Source: Pseudomonadota bacterium (GTDB taxonomy: Bacteria; Bdellovibrionota; FAC87; UBA2466). Taken from it: a stretch of DNA of 26,182 nucleotides. Both the position numbers and the translations under genes were made by a program. The stretch spans positions 1 through 26,182 of the forward strand of contig JAYSWN010000133.1 in NCBI GenBank assembly GCA_043718025.1, written 5' to 3'. Below the pieces are notes generated by a model, which had not been told where the DNA came from, ran no database searches, and saw only the letters and a list, made by a program, of their open reading frames with translations. This document shows, piece after piece, positions 1 through 7,742 of the stretch. Every line of letters starts with the position of its first letter. Position 1 is the stretch's first letter.

Positions 1-1113
1 TCCTTACTTTCCTTTAGCCACTGCGGCTCAAATGATTCGTTTGATGTGTGGTCGGAGTCGGTGGTGGGGGCGATTGGCGGCGCTATTATTACTACCCGGT
101 CTACCGGATTAATGGCGCGAGCGTTACCGACCAGTACGGTTGTTTGCCCTTCTATCGTTAACACTTCTGTTGATCAGGCTGCGTGCCGGGCCATGGTAAA
201 TGATGCCATTCACCCAACGACCCCGGGTGAGTACCTACGTCGTCCATTACTACTTTGCCAATTTGCGTTGGGGTCCGATCCGGCTTGGTGGCGTACGTAT
301 CACAACATTAAATTTCCCACGCAAGCAATTTGCAACGCGATCAAAGGCAGCACCGATGCATTTACCGCCGCGAACCTAACCTCGTCGGGACTCTTAGGCG
401 GTAGCGTTACTTTAGAATATGGAATGGGCGGCAATGGCGATCAAAACAATCAGCGTTTTGCTTCTAACGGAGAAGTTCTTTTTTTAAACACCACTTTTCC
501 CAGTGGGTGGACGGAGGCGCGAAAAGGGGGAACGGTGGTCACCTTTCATAGCACCACCGAACGCAGGCTATTTATTGGGGGCGTTCATTCTGAGGGGTAC
601 CAAACCATCTACGAAAACGTCAGAAATCCTACTGATTTATTTAACGACCTAAGCACCAAGCCCAAAGCCGACGTGGTGAAAGTTCGCTGGGATCGCACCA
701 TCAACTCGCAGGCGGTAAACGATAGGCTTTATGAGCAGTCCGCGGTGGAGGCCGACGGCGTGGCCACCGCTAATTCTTTAGTGGTAGTACAAACGGTTTC
801 GGGTTTTCCGGTAGCAAAAGCTGGCTCTCTCATTAAGACCCAGCACAATATTCGCCGCAGCTTGGGGATCTCGACGATAAGTGTCGACTTAAAGTTTGGC
901 GATAGCACCTGCTGCTGGCCTACCGAGGGAGAGCTCACCACTGATTTTGTCTCATTTTACAATTTGCCGTCGACCGGCGGTAAGGCATTCACGAAAGAAA
1001 AACTGCTTTTCACGGCGGGCAGTGCGTGCGGTGCGGTCACGCTCACTCAAAGCGGCGGAGATTTGGGCGATGCAGGCAAAACCCGCACCGCCCAGCTATA
1101 CCACTGCCAATAA
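1..1113 (+). CDS. Hypothetical probable lipoprotein, 5'-truncated by the window edge
   Basis: The frame of ORF 46..1113 is open back to base 1 (SLLSFSHCGSNDSFDVWSES...). A hydrophobic stretch ends in a lipobox-like FSH-C (Cys codon 22-24). Thr/Ser/Gly-rich with 8 further Cys; no family recognised. Confidence 0.7.
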   Translation, partial: SLLSFSHCGSNDSFDVWSESVVGAIGGAIITTRSTGLMARALPTSTVVCPSIVNTSVDQAACRAMVNDAIHPTTPGEYLRRPLLLCQFALGSDPAWWRTYHNIKFPTQAICNAIKGSTDAFTAANLTSSGLLGGSVTLEYGMGGNGDQNNQRFASNGEVLFLNTTFPSGWTEARKGGTVVTFHSTTERRLFIGGVHSEGYQTIYENVRNPTDLFNDLSTKPKADVVKVRWDRTINSQAVNDRLYEQSAVEADGVATANSLVVVQTVSGFPVAKAGSLIKTQHNIRRSLGISTISVDLKFGDSTCCWPTEGELTTDFVSFYNLPSTGGKAFTKEKLLFTAGSACGAVTLTQSGGDLGDAGKTRTAQLYHCQ

Positions 1114-3006
1114 CTATTTTTTAGCGGTCGAAGCTTTGGCCCATTCCGCTAAACCGGGCTCTTCCCACAGCGGAACTTTGATATCGTTTTCGGGCTTCGG
1201 AACCGGCTTCGCAATAACCACTTCTAAGAACAGTCCAGGATTTTTGACCTTGTTCTCTTCCTTCAAAGTTTCCCACTTTTGTCTTGGGCCGCCGGCGTTT
1301 GCCTTGTCGCGGAAGTAAGCCCATAGGGCGGGTTTGCCGTCGTCGACGACTTCCGCCACGTACACTTGAAAGTGTTCCGGATTTTGGTCCGCGCTTGGAA
1401 AATCATTAAAATGCTTTCCCAGTAACAGGGGTGAGGTGTCGATGGCGATAATCGGCGCCCCGCCATCAACGTAATTGCCGGCGAGTAGAATCGGGTTTTT
1501 ATTCCCTTTGCTGCCGACGATTTCGGTTACGGCGGTGGTGAGTCGGCCATAAGTTTGAAAGAAAGCCTTCCACTCTTCGGTTTCCGTTTTACCGTCTTTA
1601 AGGAAGCGGTCGATATTTTTAATTCCTTTGCCTTCGCCGGGGCGACGCACCGTGCTTAACAACTGCGGTTTCACCTGAGCCAGCACCATTTCACGGGTGA
1701 GGTTAGGTACGTAGGCTTTAGTCATCGCCAAGATACCCGCGAAGTAAGCCGCGGCATTCGAAGTGCCGGCAAAGCCTTCACCGTCGGTAAATTCTGCATC
1801 CGAATAGCGTAGCACTACATCGGGTTTGATCCGGCCATCCATGGTCGGGCCGCGCGAAGAGGCGGTGGTGAGATCGCCCACCGCAATGACTTCGGGATGA
1901 TCGGCGGGAACCATAATTTCCTGGCGCGGCTGAAAATCGAGTAGTGCCACTGCTTCCACCATCTTTTTTTCTTCGTAACTAAAGTACGGTTTACTCGTGT
2001 TCGTAATGGTAATGCGAATTCGATCGGCCGCCGTGAAGTTACCGCTCTTTGCGAATACCTTAATTCGGTAAGGCTTATCTTTTTCTGTGATGTTTAGCGT
2101 TGTTTCAATGGTCTCTGCGGCCAAGTAGCTTTGGCCTTCTTCCTTTGCCACGCCCGCTTTATTTACGATTTGATTTAATTCGCTTGTCCCGTTCGCAATG
2201 ACGACGCCTTTGCTGTCGAGCACGAAGAGATCTAAGTCTTTATCCGTTCCGGTATCTTCTCGTTCGGAGAAACTATTCCAGGCGAGCGTGATTTTAACAC
2301 CGGCGCGGTCGAGGCGGCTTTGTAGTCTCAGCCCTTTATCTTTGGAGCCAATTTTTAGATGTTTGGAGTCGTCTAAGGCAACCGTAGCGTTATAAACGCT
2401 ACCGGCGTAATTTCCAGCCGCATTCACCCATAAAATTCCGGCCCGGGTTGCTTTTGAAACCTCGGCATTCACATGCCCACGGCCATCAAAGTTTCCGCCA
2501 TATTCCCAATTTTGGGAGTTAAGGATGATGTCTACTTTTTCATTGATTGCGGTCTGGATAGCCCTTCGAAAATTAGTAAAACCGTTTGCATTCAACAAAA
2601 GGAACTGAGGAGCCGCCTCTTTTTTAAGGCCCGTCATTGCCCAAGCGAGCATCGCCATTTGGCGGCCGTGGGCGTCGCCACTATCTAATGCTTTCACTTT
2701 TCCGGGCGTGCCCAAGTTGTGGGTGGTGATAAATTCATCGCTGTAGGTACTCACCAGTTTAAAAACGGTGTCGGGAAGGTCTTCACCAAGGGTGGTGGTA
2801 TCACCGTAGCCATTGTCTAGTACGGCAATCTTAATCGTCTTTAAGCGTGCGCCAATATTTGGCACTTTATCGAAGGCGGTTAGCCCGTATCTTTCGCGAA
2901 GTTTTTCAACGCCGTTTAAAGAAACTCCCTTTCCGGCCGCTAGGCTAGGCGAGAGAGATTCAAAAAATAACAACCCGATCGTAAGGAAACTAAATAAACG
3001 CACCAT
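1114..3006 (-). CDS. Secreted S8 family (subtilisin-like) serine peptidase
   Basis: Signal peptide; triad motifs IAVLD(64)NG, DAH(113)G and FAGTS(416)NAA; oxyanion motif VNAAGN(199); SSRGPTMDGRIKPDV motif; inserted PPC-like beta domain (ITLAWN...DLDLFVLD). Confidence 0.92.
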   Translation of the reverse strand: MVRLFSFLTIGLLFFESLSPSLAAGKGVSLNGVEKLRERYGLTAFDKVPNIGARLKTIKIAVLDNGYGDTTTLGEDLPDTVFKLVSTYSDEFITTHNLGTPGKVKALDSGDAHGRQMAMLAWAMTGLKKEAAPQFLLLNANGFTNFRRAIQTAINEKVDIILNSQNWEYGGNFDGRGHVNAEVSKATRAGILWVNAAGNYAGSVYNATVALDDSKHLKIGSKDKGLRLQSRLDRAGVKITLAWNSFSEREDTGTDKDLDLFVLDSKGVVIANGTSELNQIVNKAGVAKEEGQSYLAAETIETTLNITEKDKPYRIKVFAKSGNFTAADRIRITITNTSKPYFSYEEKKMVEAVALLDFQPRQEIMVPADHPEVIAVGDLTTASSRGPTMDGRIKPDVVLRYSDAEFTDGEGFAGTSNAAAYFAGILAMTKAYVPNLTREMVLAQVKPQLLSTVRRPGEGKGIKNIDRFLKDGKTETEEWKAFFQTYGRLTTAVTEIVGSKGNKNPILLAGNYVDGGAPIIAIDTSPLLLGKHFNDFPSADQNPEHFQVYVAEVVDDGKPALWAYFRDKANAGGPRQKWETLKEENKVKNPGLFLEVVIAKPVPKPENDIKVPLWEEPGLAEWAKASTAKK

Positions 3007-3050
3007 GAACCCCTAATTAATGGTTTTTTTAACAACTTAGTTTTTGAGCG

Positions 3051-3099
3051 GATTTAAGAAACGCTTCCCCCAAAATCTGGGGGAAGCGTTTTCTAAATC
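3051..3099. terminator. Long inverted repeat (22-bp arms, 2 mismatches, 5-nt loop); terminator or RNA-stabilising hairpin
   Basis: gatttaagaaacgcttccccca-aaatc-tgggggaagcgttttctaaatc. Confidence 0.7.
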
Positions 3100-3106
3100 A
3101 GTTCGT

Positions 3107-3139
3107 TAAAAACTTGGGCCGGGAAACCCGGCCCAAGTT
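3107..3139 (-). terminator. Intrinsic terminator-like hairpin just downstream of the Gly/Trp-rich gene
   Basis: Perfect 13-bp stem aacttgggccggg-aaa-cccggcccaagtt (3111-3139). On the minus strand it ends in a U-run (..AAGUUUUUA) and lies 10 nt after the stop at 3150. Confidence 0.75.
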
Positions 3140-3149
3140 CAAAAATCAA

Positions 3150-3662
3150 TTACCAGCCCCAGACAACATTGAAGCCTACGCCGCATCCGCCCCAGCCCCA
3201 GCCGCCGCATCCGCCCCAGCCGCCGCATCCGCCGCCCCAGCCCCAGCCGCCACCCCAGCCGCCGCCCCAGCCGCCGCGCCAGCCGCCACCCCAGCCACGC
3301 CAGCCCCAACCGCAAGCAGCGGTTGATTTGCCTTTATCCATCTCAGAGTCGGCAAGCAAAATTGAGGTTGGTTCGGTTTTCACCCAGTTTGCTTTAACCG
3401 CATTCTTGGCAAGAAAGGCTTCAACTTTAATTTTGCGATCTTTCTCAGAAAGCTTCTCCAAGCTCTCTTCGGTCATTTCGGGGTCCATCGTTGCAAGTTC
3501 ATAAGTTGTGATGGTTTTTGCTTTTTCATCCAACTTTTGAATGCGAACGGCGGGGCGCTTTTTCGCCTTGCCATCCATTTCGCTATCTTCGGCGTACGCC
3601 GAAAGCCCAACCAACAGGCTCAGGGCTAGAGCGGAACTGATCAATCGTTTTTTCATTGTCAT
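3150..3662 (-). CDS. Secreted precursor-like protein with a Gly/Trp/Cys-rich C-terminal tail
   Basis: Strong RBS (AAAGGAG) before the ATG; Sec signal MKKRLISSALALSLLVGLSAYA; 92-aa charged region; 54-aa tail with 30 Gly, 13 Trp and 4 Cys. Confidence 0.88.
   Translation of the reverse strand: MTMKKRLISSALALSLLVGLSAYAEDSEMDGKAKKRPAVRIQKLDEKAKTITTYELATMDPEMTEESLEKLSEKDRKIKVEAFLAKNAVKANWVKTEPTSILLADSEMDKGKSTAACGWGWRGWGGGWRGGWGGGWGGGWGWGGGCGGWGGCGGWGWGGCGVGFNVVWGW
3153..3314 (-). repeat. Low-complexity coding repeat (GGW/GGGW/GGC units)
   Basis: Imperfect repeats of ccccagccgcc / ccgcatccgcc on the + strand encode the Gly-Trp tail. Confidence 0.85.
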
Positions 3663-3759
3663 GGTCTCCTTTAAGATTTGTGACGCTGTGTATCATGTTC
3701 AAAAAAGCGCCACAAGATTAAATTTCAGCACTGGTCCGTTAACAGCCGTATTAAGGGGC

Positions 3760-3789
3760 TCGACGGGCCTACCCGGGCGGTCTTATACT
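3760..3789 (+). promoter_or_regulatory. Possible sigma70 promoter for the MFS gene
   Basis: TCGACG-18 nt-TATACT about 30 nt upstream of ATG 3821. Confidence 0.3.
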
Positions 3790-3820
3790 GAGGGACCAAC
3801 GGCCTCTATAGAAAATTCTC

Positions 3821-5065
3821 ATGAAAAATCGAACTCTTGCGATTGTCTTCTTTACCATCCTGATGGACCTCATCGGCTTTGGGCTGATCATTCCGGTGCA
3901 ACCTTTTTTAGCCAAAACTCTTGGCGCCCAGGCTTCGGTGATAACGCTTTTGGGGGCCTCTTATTCGCTCATGCAGCTACTTTTTGCCCCCTTTTGGGGC
4001 CGGCTTTCTGACCGGGTGGGTAGGCGGCCGGTTCTGCTCATTAGCATCGCGCTCACGGCCGCGGGCTACCTGATTTTTGGCCTGGCCAACCAGTTGTGGA
4101 TCTTATTTGCCGCGCGGATGTTAAGTGGTTTTGGCGGAGCAAACATTGGGGCGGCCCAGGCCGTAATCGCCGACTCCACCACCCCCGAAAATCGTTCAAA
4201 GGGCATGGGGCTTATCGGCGCCGCATTTGGCCTCGGATTTATCATTGGTCCAGCCATGGGCGGCTATCTCGGCCAATTTGGATTAGCTACGCCTGCGTTG
4301 GTGGCCGCCTGCCTGTCGACATTGAATCTGCTGTTTGCCTTTTTTGCCTTACCCGAAACTTATCCGCCGGCAAAAAGAGAGCTTGATCAAAAGAGTACGG
4401 GCAGGGCCGTGTCGGGACATAGCCGCGCTCCACTTTCAATTGCAGCTTTAAAACACGCCACCCGCCACGTAAATGTGCGCGAGCTTTTTTTATACATCAC
4501 TATTTATACGGTTTCGTTCTCGCTAATGGAGCAGGTGCTGGCGCTGTTCGTTGAGGTACATTGGGTAACCAATCTTGGCACTTACGGTTTGAAAGAAGGG
4601 GCCCAACGCGCGGCACTCCTCACCGCCAACATTCTTATGGTGGTTGGCGTCACCGCCACCATCGTGCAAGGCGGGCTGATCGGGCGGCTGGTGAAAAAAT
4701 TTGGTGAAAAGAATCTGCTGGTCGCCGGCCCCACGCTCTTGATTTTTACCTACGTGGCGATTCCGTGGATTGGGAAGTCGGGCGTTTATCCATTAATGTT
4801 GGTGAATGCGGCGTTTATGGCCGCCGGCAGCGGGGTCATCAACCCCTCGTGGACCGGCTTTCTTTCACGTTCGGTCGATGCCGATGAGCAAGGCGGAATA
4901 TTGGGGCTGGGGCAAAGCCTGGCGGCTTTGGGGCGAGTGATCGGCCCAACCATGGCCGGCACCTTGTTTCAATTTGATTCACGCGTGCCGTTTTGGGTAG
5001 GCGCCTTTTTATTCGTTGGCTGCGTGAACATGGCCAACCGGTTGCAACCAAAAGTGAGCGCTTAA
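3821..5065 (+). CDS. MFS transporter, TetA/DHA1-like drug:H+ antiporter family
   Basis: Motif A GRLSDRVGRRPV; DLIGFGLIIP in TM1; motif C-like GLGFIIGPAMGG; about 12 hydrophobic segments. Confidence 0.92.
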   Translation: MKNRTLAIVFFTILMDLIGFGLIIPVQPFLAKTLGAQASVITLLGASYSLMQLLFAPFWGRLSDRVGRRPVLLISIALTAAGYLIFGLANQLWILFAARMLSGFGGANIGAAQAVIADSTTPENRSKGMGLIGAAFGLGFIIGPAMGGYLGQFGLATPALVAACLSTLNLLFAFFALPETYPPAKRELDQKSTGRAVSGHSRAPLSIAALKHATRHVNVRELFLYITIYTVSFSLMEQVLALFVEVHWVTNLGTYGLKEGAQRAALLTANILMVVGVTATIVQGGLIGRLVKKFGEKNLLVAGPTLLIFTYVAIPWIGKSGVYPLMLVNAAFMAAGSGVINPSWTGFLSRSVDADEQGGILGLGQSLAALGRVIGPTMAGTLFQFDSRVPFWVGAFLFVGCVNMANRLQPKVSA

Positions 5066-6195
5066 ACTCTTTCGATAATGGTGGCCGTGGCCATGCCGTG
5101 GCCGATGCACATTACTTGCAAGCCAAACTGCTGGTTTGCGCGTTCTAGTTCGTAAAGCAATTTGGTCATTAGTGCTGCGCCACTGGCGCCGAGCGGATGG
5201 CCGTGGGCAATCGCGCCGCCGTTTGGGTTCACTTTGTCCCAATCGGGTTTCAACTCTTTGCCCCAACCCAAAACTACACTGGCGAACGCTTCATTAATCT
5301 CAATTACGTCGATGTCTTTCAGGACGAGTCCCGCCCTTTTCAAAGCCAGGTGCGTGGCCGGCACCACCTCCATCAACTGCAAGGTAGGGTCGCCGCCAAT
5401 GGCGACGCGGGCTCTGAATTTGGCGCGCGCTTTTAGGCCATCGGCTTTCGCCACGTCAGCGTCCGCCACTAAAACCGCGGCCGCTCCATCAGAAATTTGC
5501 GAAGCGTTGGCCGCCGTCACTACGCCATCTTTCTTAAATAGAGTCGAAAGGGTGGCCATCTTGGCCAAATCGGGAGTGGCGCGCACTCCCTCATCTACTT
5601 CAAGCATGGTGCCGGCCACTTTTACGTATTGAGTTTTAAAGCGTCCTTCGGCAATGGCACGGCCCGCCCGTTTGTGACTTTCGGCGCTAAATTCATCAAC
5701 GTTGGCGCGGGTCAAACCATACTTAACCGCAATTCTCTCGGCCGAATCTCCTTGGTGGATCAGGTCGTATTTCTTAAGCAGGTCTGGGTTCAAGGTTTGG
5801 AAACCACCGCCAATGTCAGAAAACATCGGCACCCGCGACATGCTTTCCACGCCACCACCAATTTGATAATTCGCATCACCCGCCGCAATGGCCTGCGCCG
5901 CAAAGTGAATGGCCTGCTGGGCGCTGCCGCACAATCGGCTCAACGTGGCCGCGGCAGTGATCTGCGGAAGGTTCGAAAGCAACACCGCTTGCCGCGCCAA
6001 ATTGGCCCCTTGCTCTCCGGTTTGGGTGACGCAGCCTAAAATCACGTCCGAAATTTTTTCGCCGCTGAGCTTGGTGCGCTCTAGCAACGCATTCAAGACA
6101 CTCGCCGCCAAGGCGTCGGGCCGAATGGCGGAGAAAGCACCGCCCTTGCGGGCAATCGGGGTTCTTAAGGCTTCGATAATGACCGGATTTTTCAT
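5062..6195 (-). CDS. Thiolase (acetyl-CoA C-acyltransferase)
   Basis: RTPI, RLCGSA (active Cys), NASQISDGAAA, EINEAFA, GHPLGASG and MCIGHG motifs. ATG 6195 preferred over TTG 6201. Confidence 0.95.
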   Translation of the reverse strand: MKNPVIIEALRTPIARKGGAFSAIRPDALAASVLNALLERTKLSGEKISDVILGCVTQTGEQGANLARQAVLLSNLPQITAAATLSRLCGSAQQAIHFAAQAIAAGDANYQIGGGVESMSRVPMFSDIGGGFQTLNPDLLKKYDLIHQGDSAERIAVKYGLTRANVDEFSAESHKRAGRAIAEGRFKTQYVKVAGTMLEVDEGVRATPDLAKMATLSTLFKKDGVVTAANASQISDGAAAVLVADADVAKADGLKARAKFRARVAIGGDPTLQLMEVVPATHLALKRAGLVLKDIDVIEINEAFASVVLGWGKELKPDWDKVNPNGGAIAHGHPLGASGAALMTKLLYELERANQQFGLQVMCIGHGMATATIIERV

Positions 6196-6338
6196 GCTCA
6201 AGTGCTTACCGCCGGTGACGCGTTGTAGTCAAAAAAATAAAGCACATCGAGCACTTAAGGGGAACTTTGAGTTTCTCAATGGGTCCTTTTCAGGTAGAAA
6301 TTAGGGCTGGGCAGTAATTAAATTACTGGGGGGCACAA

Positions 6339-7721
6339 TTGAATAGATTCGCACTCGTGATCACGGCTTTGCTTTTTTCAGCGCTGTCAGTAACGCGAAG
6401 TTTAGCGGCGCAAAGTCTTGATGACTGGATGCAATTTCAGCAAGCCAAAAGTCTCGAATTTATCTTACCCAATCTATCGCCGTCCGACGCTGCCCCCGGC
6501 GTGGTGGTGGCCGCCAGCTCTCGATCTCATCCTGACTATTATTTTCACTGGGTGCGCGACTCCGGCATTGTGGTTTCGGCCGCGGTAATGGAATTCGATC
6601 GGCTCAGCCAATCTGAAAATAAAAGCCGGCTGGCCCGCTTCCTCTTAGACTACGTAAGTTTTTCGCGCGGCAACCAGCTTACTAAAACCTTGAGTGGCAT
6701 GGGCGAGCCTAAGTTTTATATCGATGGTAAAGCGTTTGATGGACCCTGGGGACGACCACAAAACGACGGCCCCGCTCTGCGCGCGATTTCACTTATCCAG
6801 CTGGCAAACGTTTGGTTAAAGGCCGGCAAAGAAGATTGGGTGCGCAACCGGCTCTACGATAGCAAAATTCCAACTCATACCGTTTTAAAAGCGGATCTGG
6901 AATTCACCGCACACCACTGGCGCGAGACCTGCTTTGATCTGTGGGAAGAGGTCAAGGGCGTGCACTTTTATAGTCGCATGAGTCAGCGCCGGGCGTTGAT
7001 CGATGGCGCCTGGCTTGCCGATCGGTTAAACGATGGCTCCGCCGCAACTTTTTACCGACAGCAGGCAGATTTGATCGAAGCCGAGCTACACCGCCATTGG
7101 GATGCGGCCAAAGGCGTACTGGTTCCCACGTTGAATCGCGACGGCGGTCTAGATTATAAGCACAGCGGCATCGACTCTTCGGTGGTGATTGCGGCGTTAC
7201 ATGGTCGCACCAACGATGGCTTTTACTCGGTTACCGACGACAAAATGCTTTCAACCTTCGAAAAAAATGTGGCTTCGTTCCGCGACATTTACTCCATCAA
7301 TAAGAAGGGGCAGATGCCCGGCGCCGCCATTGGCCGCTACCCTGAGGATCGTTACGATGGGGGTTCGCAAGAAGACCATGTACTTAAAAACGAAGGCAAC
7401 CCTTGGTTTTTGCTTACCACTGGCTTTGGTGAGTTCCTTTTGCGATCGGCCAAGGAGTTTGAGCGCAAAGGCTCTTTCAATATCAATTCAATAAACGCTG
7501 CTTTCTTTCGCTACATCGATGTAGATTCTAGCGCGAGCGTAAGTGATTTGGCGGAAGCGCTTCGCAAAAAGGCAGATACCTTTTTTGCGCGAGTAAAATA
7601 TCACGCGACTTCCGACGGACGGTTGCCCGAGCAATTTAACCGCCACATTGGCTACGGGCAGGGCGCTCGTGACCTTACTTGGAGTTATGCCGCCTTTTTG
7701 TCCGCCGCCGCGGCCAGATAG
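6339..7721 (+). CDS. Secreted glucoamylase, glycoside hydrolase family 15 (fungal-type motifs)
   Basis: Signal peptide; PDYYFHWVRDS, GEPKF, WGRPQNDGPALRA, FDLWEE (catalytic acid), IGRYPEDRY, GNPWFL, LPEQF (catalytic base) and ARDLTWSYAAFL. Confidence 0.93.
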   Translation: MNRFALVITALLFSALSVTRSLAAQSLDDWMQFQQAKSLEFILPNLSPSDAAPGVVVAASSRSHPDYYFHWVRDSGIVVSAAVMEFDRLSQSENKSRLARFLLDYVSFSRGNQLTKTLSGMGEPKFYIDGKAFDGPWGRPQNDGPALRAISLIQLANVWLKAGKEDWVRNRLYDSKIPTHTVLKADLEFTAHHWRETCFDLWEEVKGVHFYSRMSQRRALIDGAWLADRLNDGSAATFYRQQADLIEAELHRHWDAAKGVLVPTLNRDGGLDYKHSGIDSSVVIAALHGRTNDGFYSVTDDKMLSTFEKNVASFRDIYSINKKGQMPGAAIGRYPEDRYDGGSQEDHVLKNEGNPWFLLTTGFGEFLLRSAKEFERKGSFNINSINAAFFRYIDVDSSASVSDLAEALRKKADTFFARVKYHATSDGRLPEQFNRHIGYGQGARDLTWSYAAFLSAAAAR

Positions 7722-7742
7722 TCGGCTCTCAGTAAAAAACGC

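Noticed and set aside
3153..3314. Repeats as a CRISPR array, or GW motifs as Argonaute hooks
   Set aside because: There is no repeat-spacer structure and no cas genes. The protein is exported and no Argonaute gene is nearby.
3114..3504. Pro/Gln-rich (3169..3504) and Ala/Pro-rich (3114..3326) plus-strand ORFs
   Set aside because: They are antisense shadows of the Gly/Trp repeat. The minus-strand gene has the RBS, signal peptide and terminator.
3698..3712. Sigma54-like TGGCGC...TTGA upstream of the precursor gene
   Set aside because: The spacing is one base short and the -12 GC is absent.
3821..5065. Calling the MFS gene tetA, or the exporter/immunity gene of the precursor system
   Set aside because: Family motifs do not give the substrate and there is no tetR. 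The precursor has its own Sec signal, and divergent adjacency alone is weak evidence.
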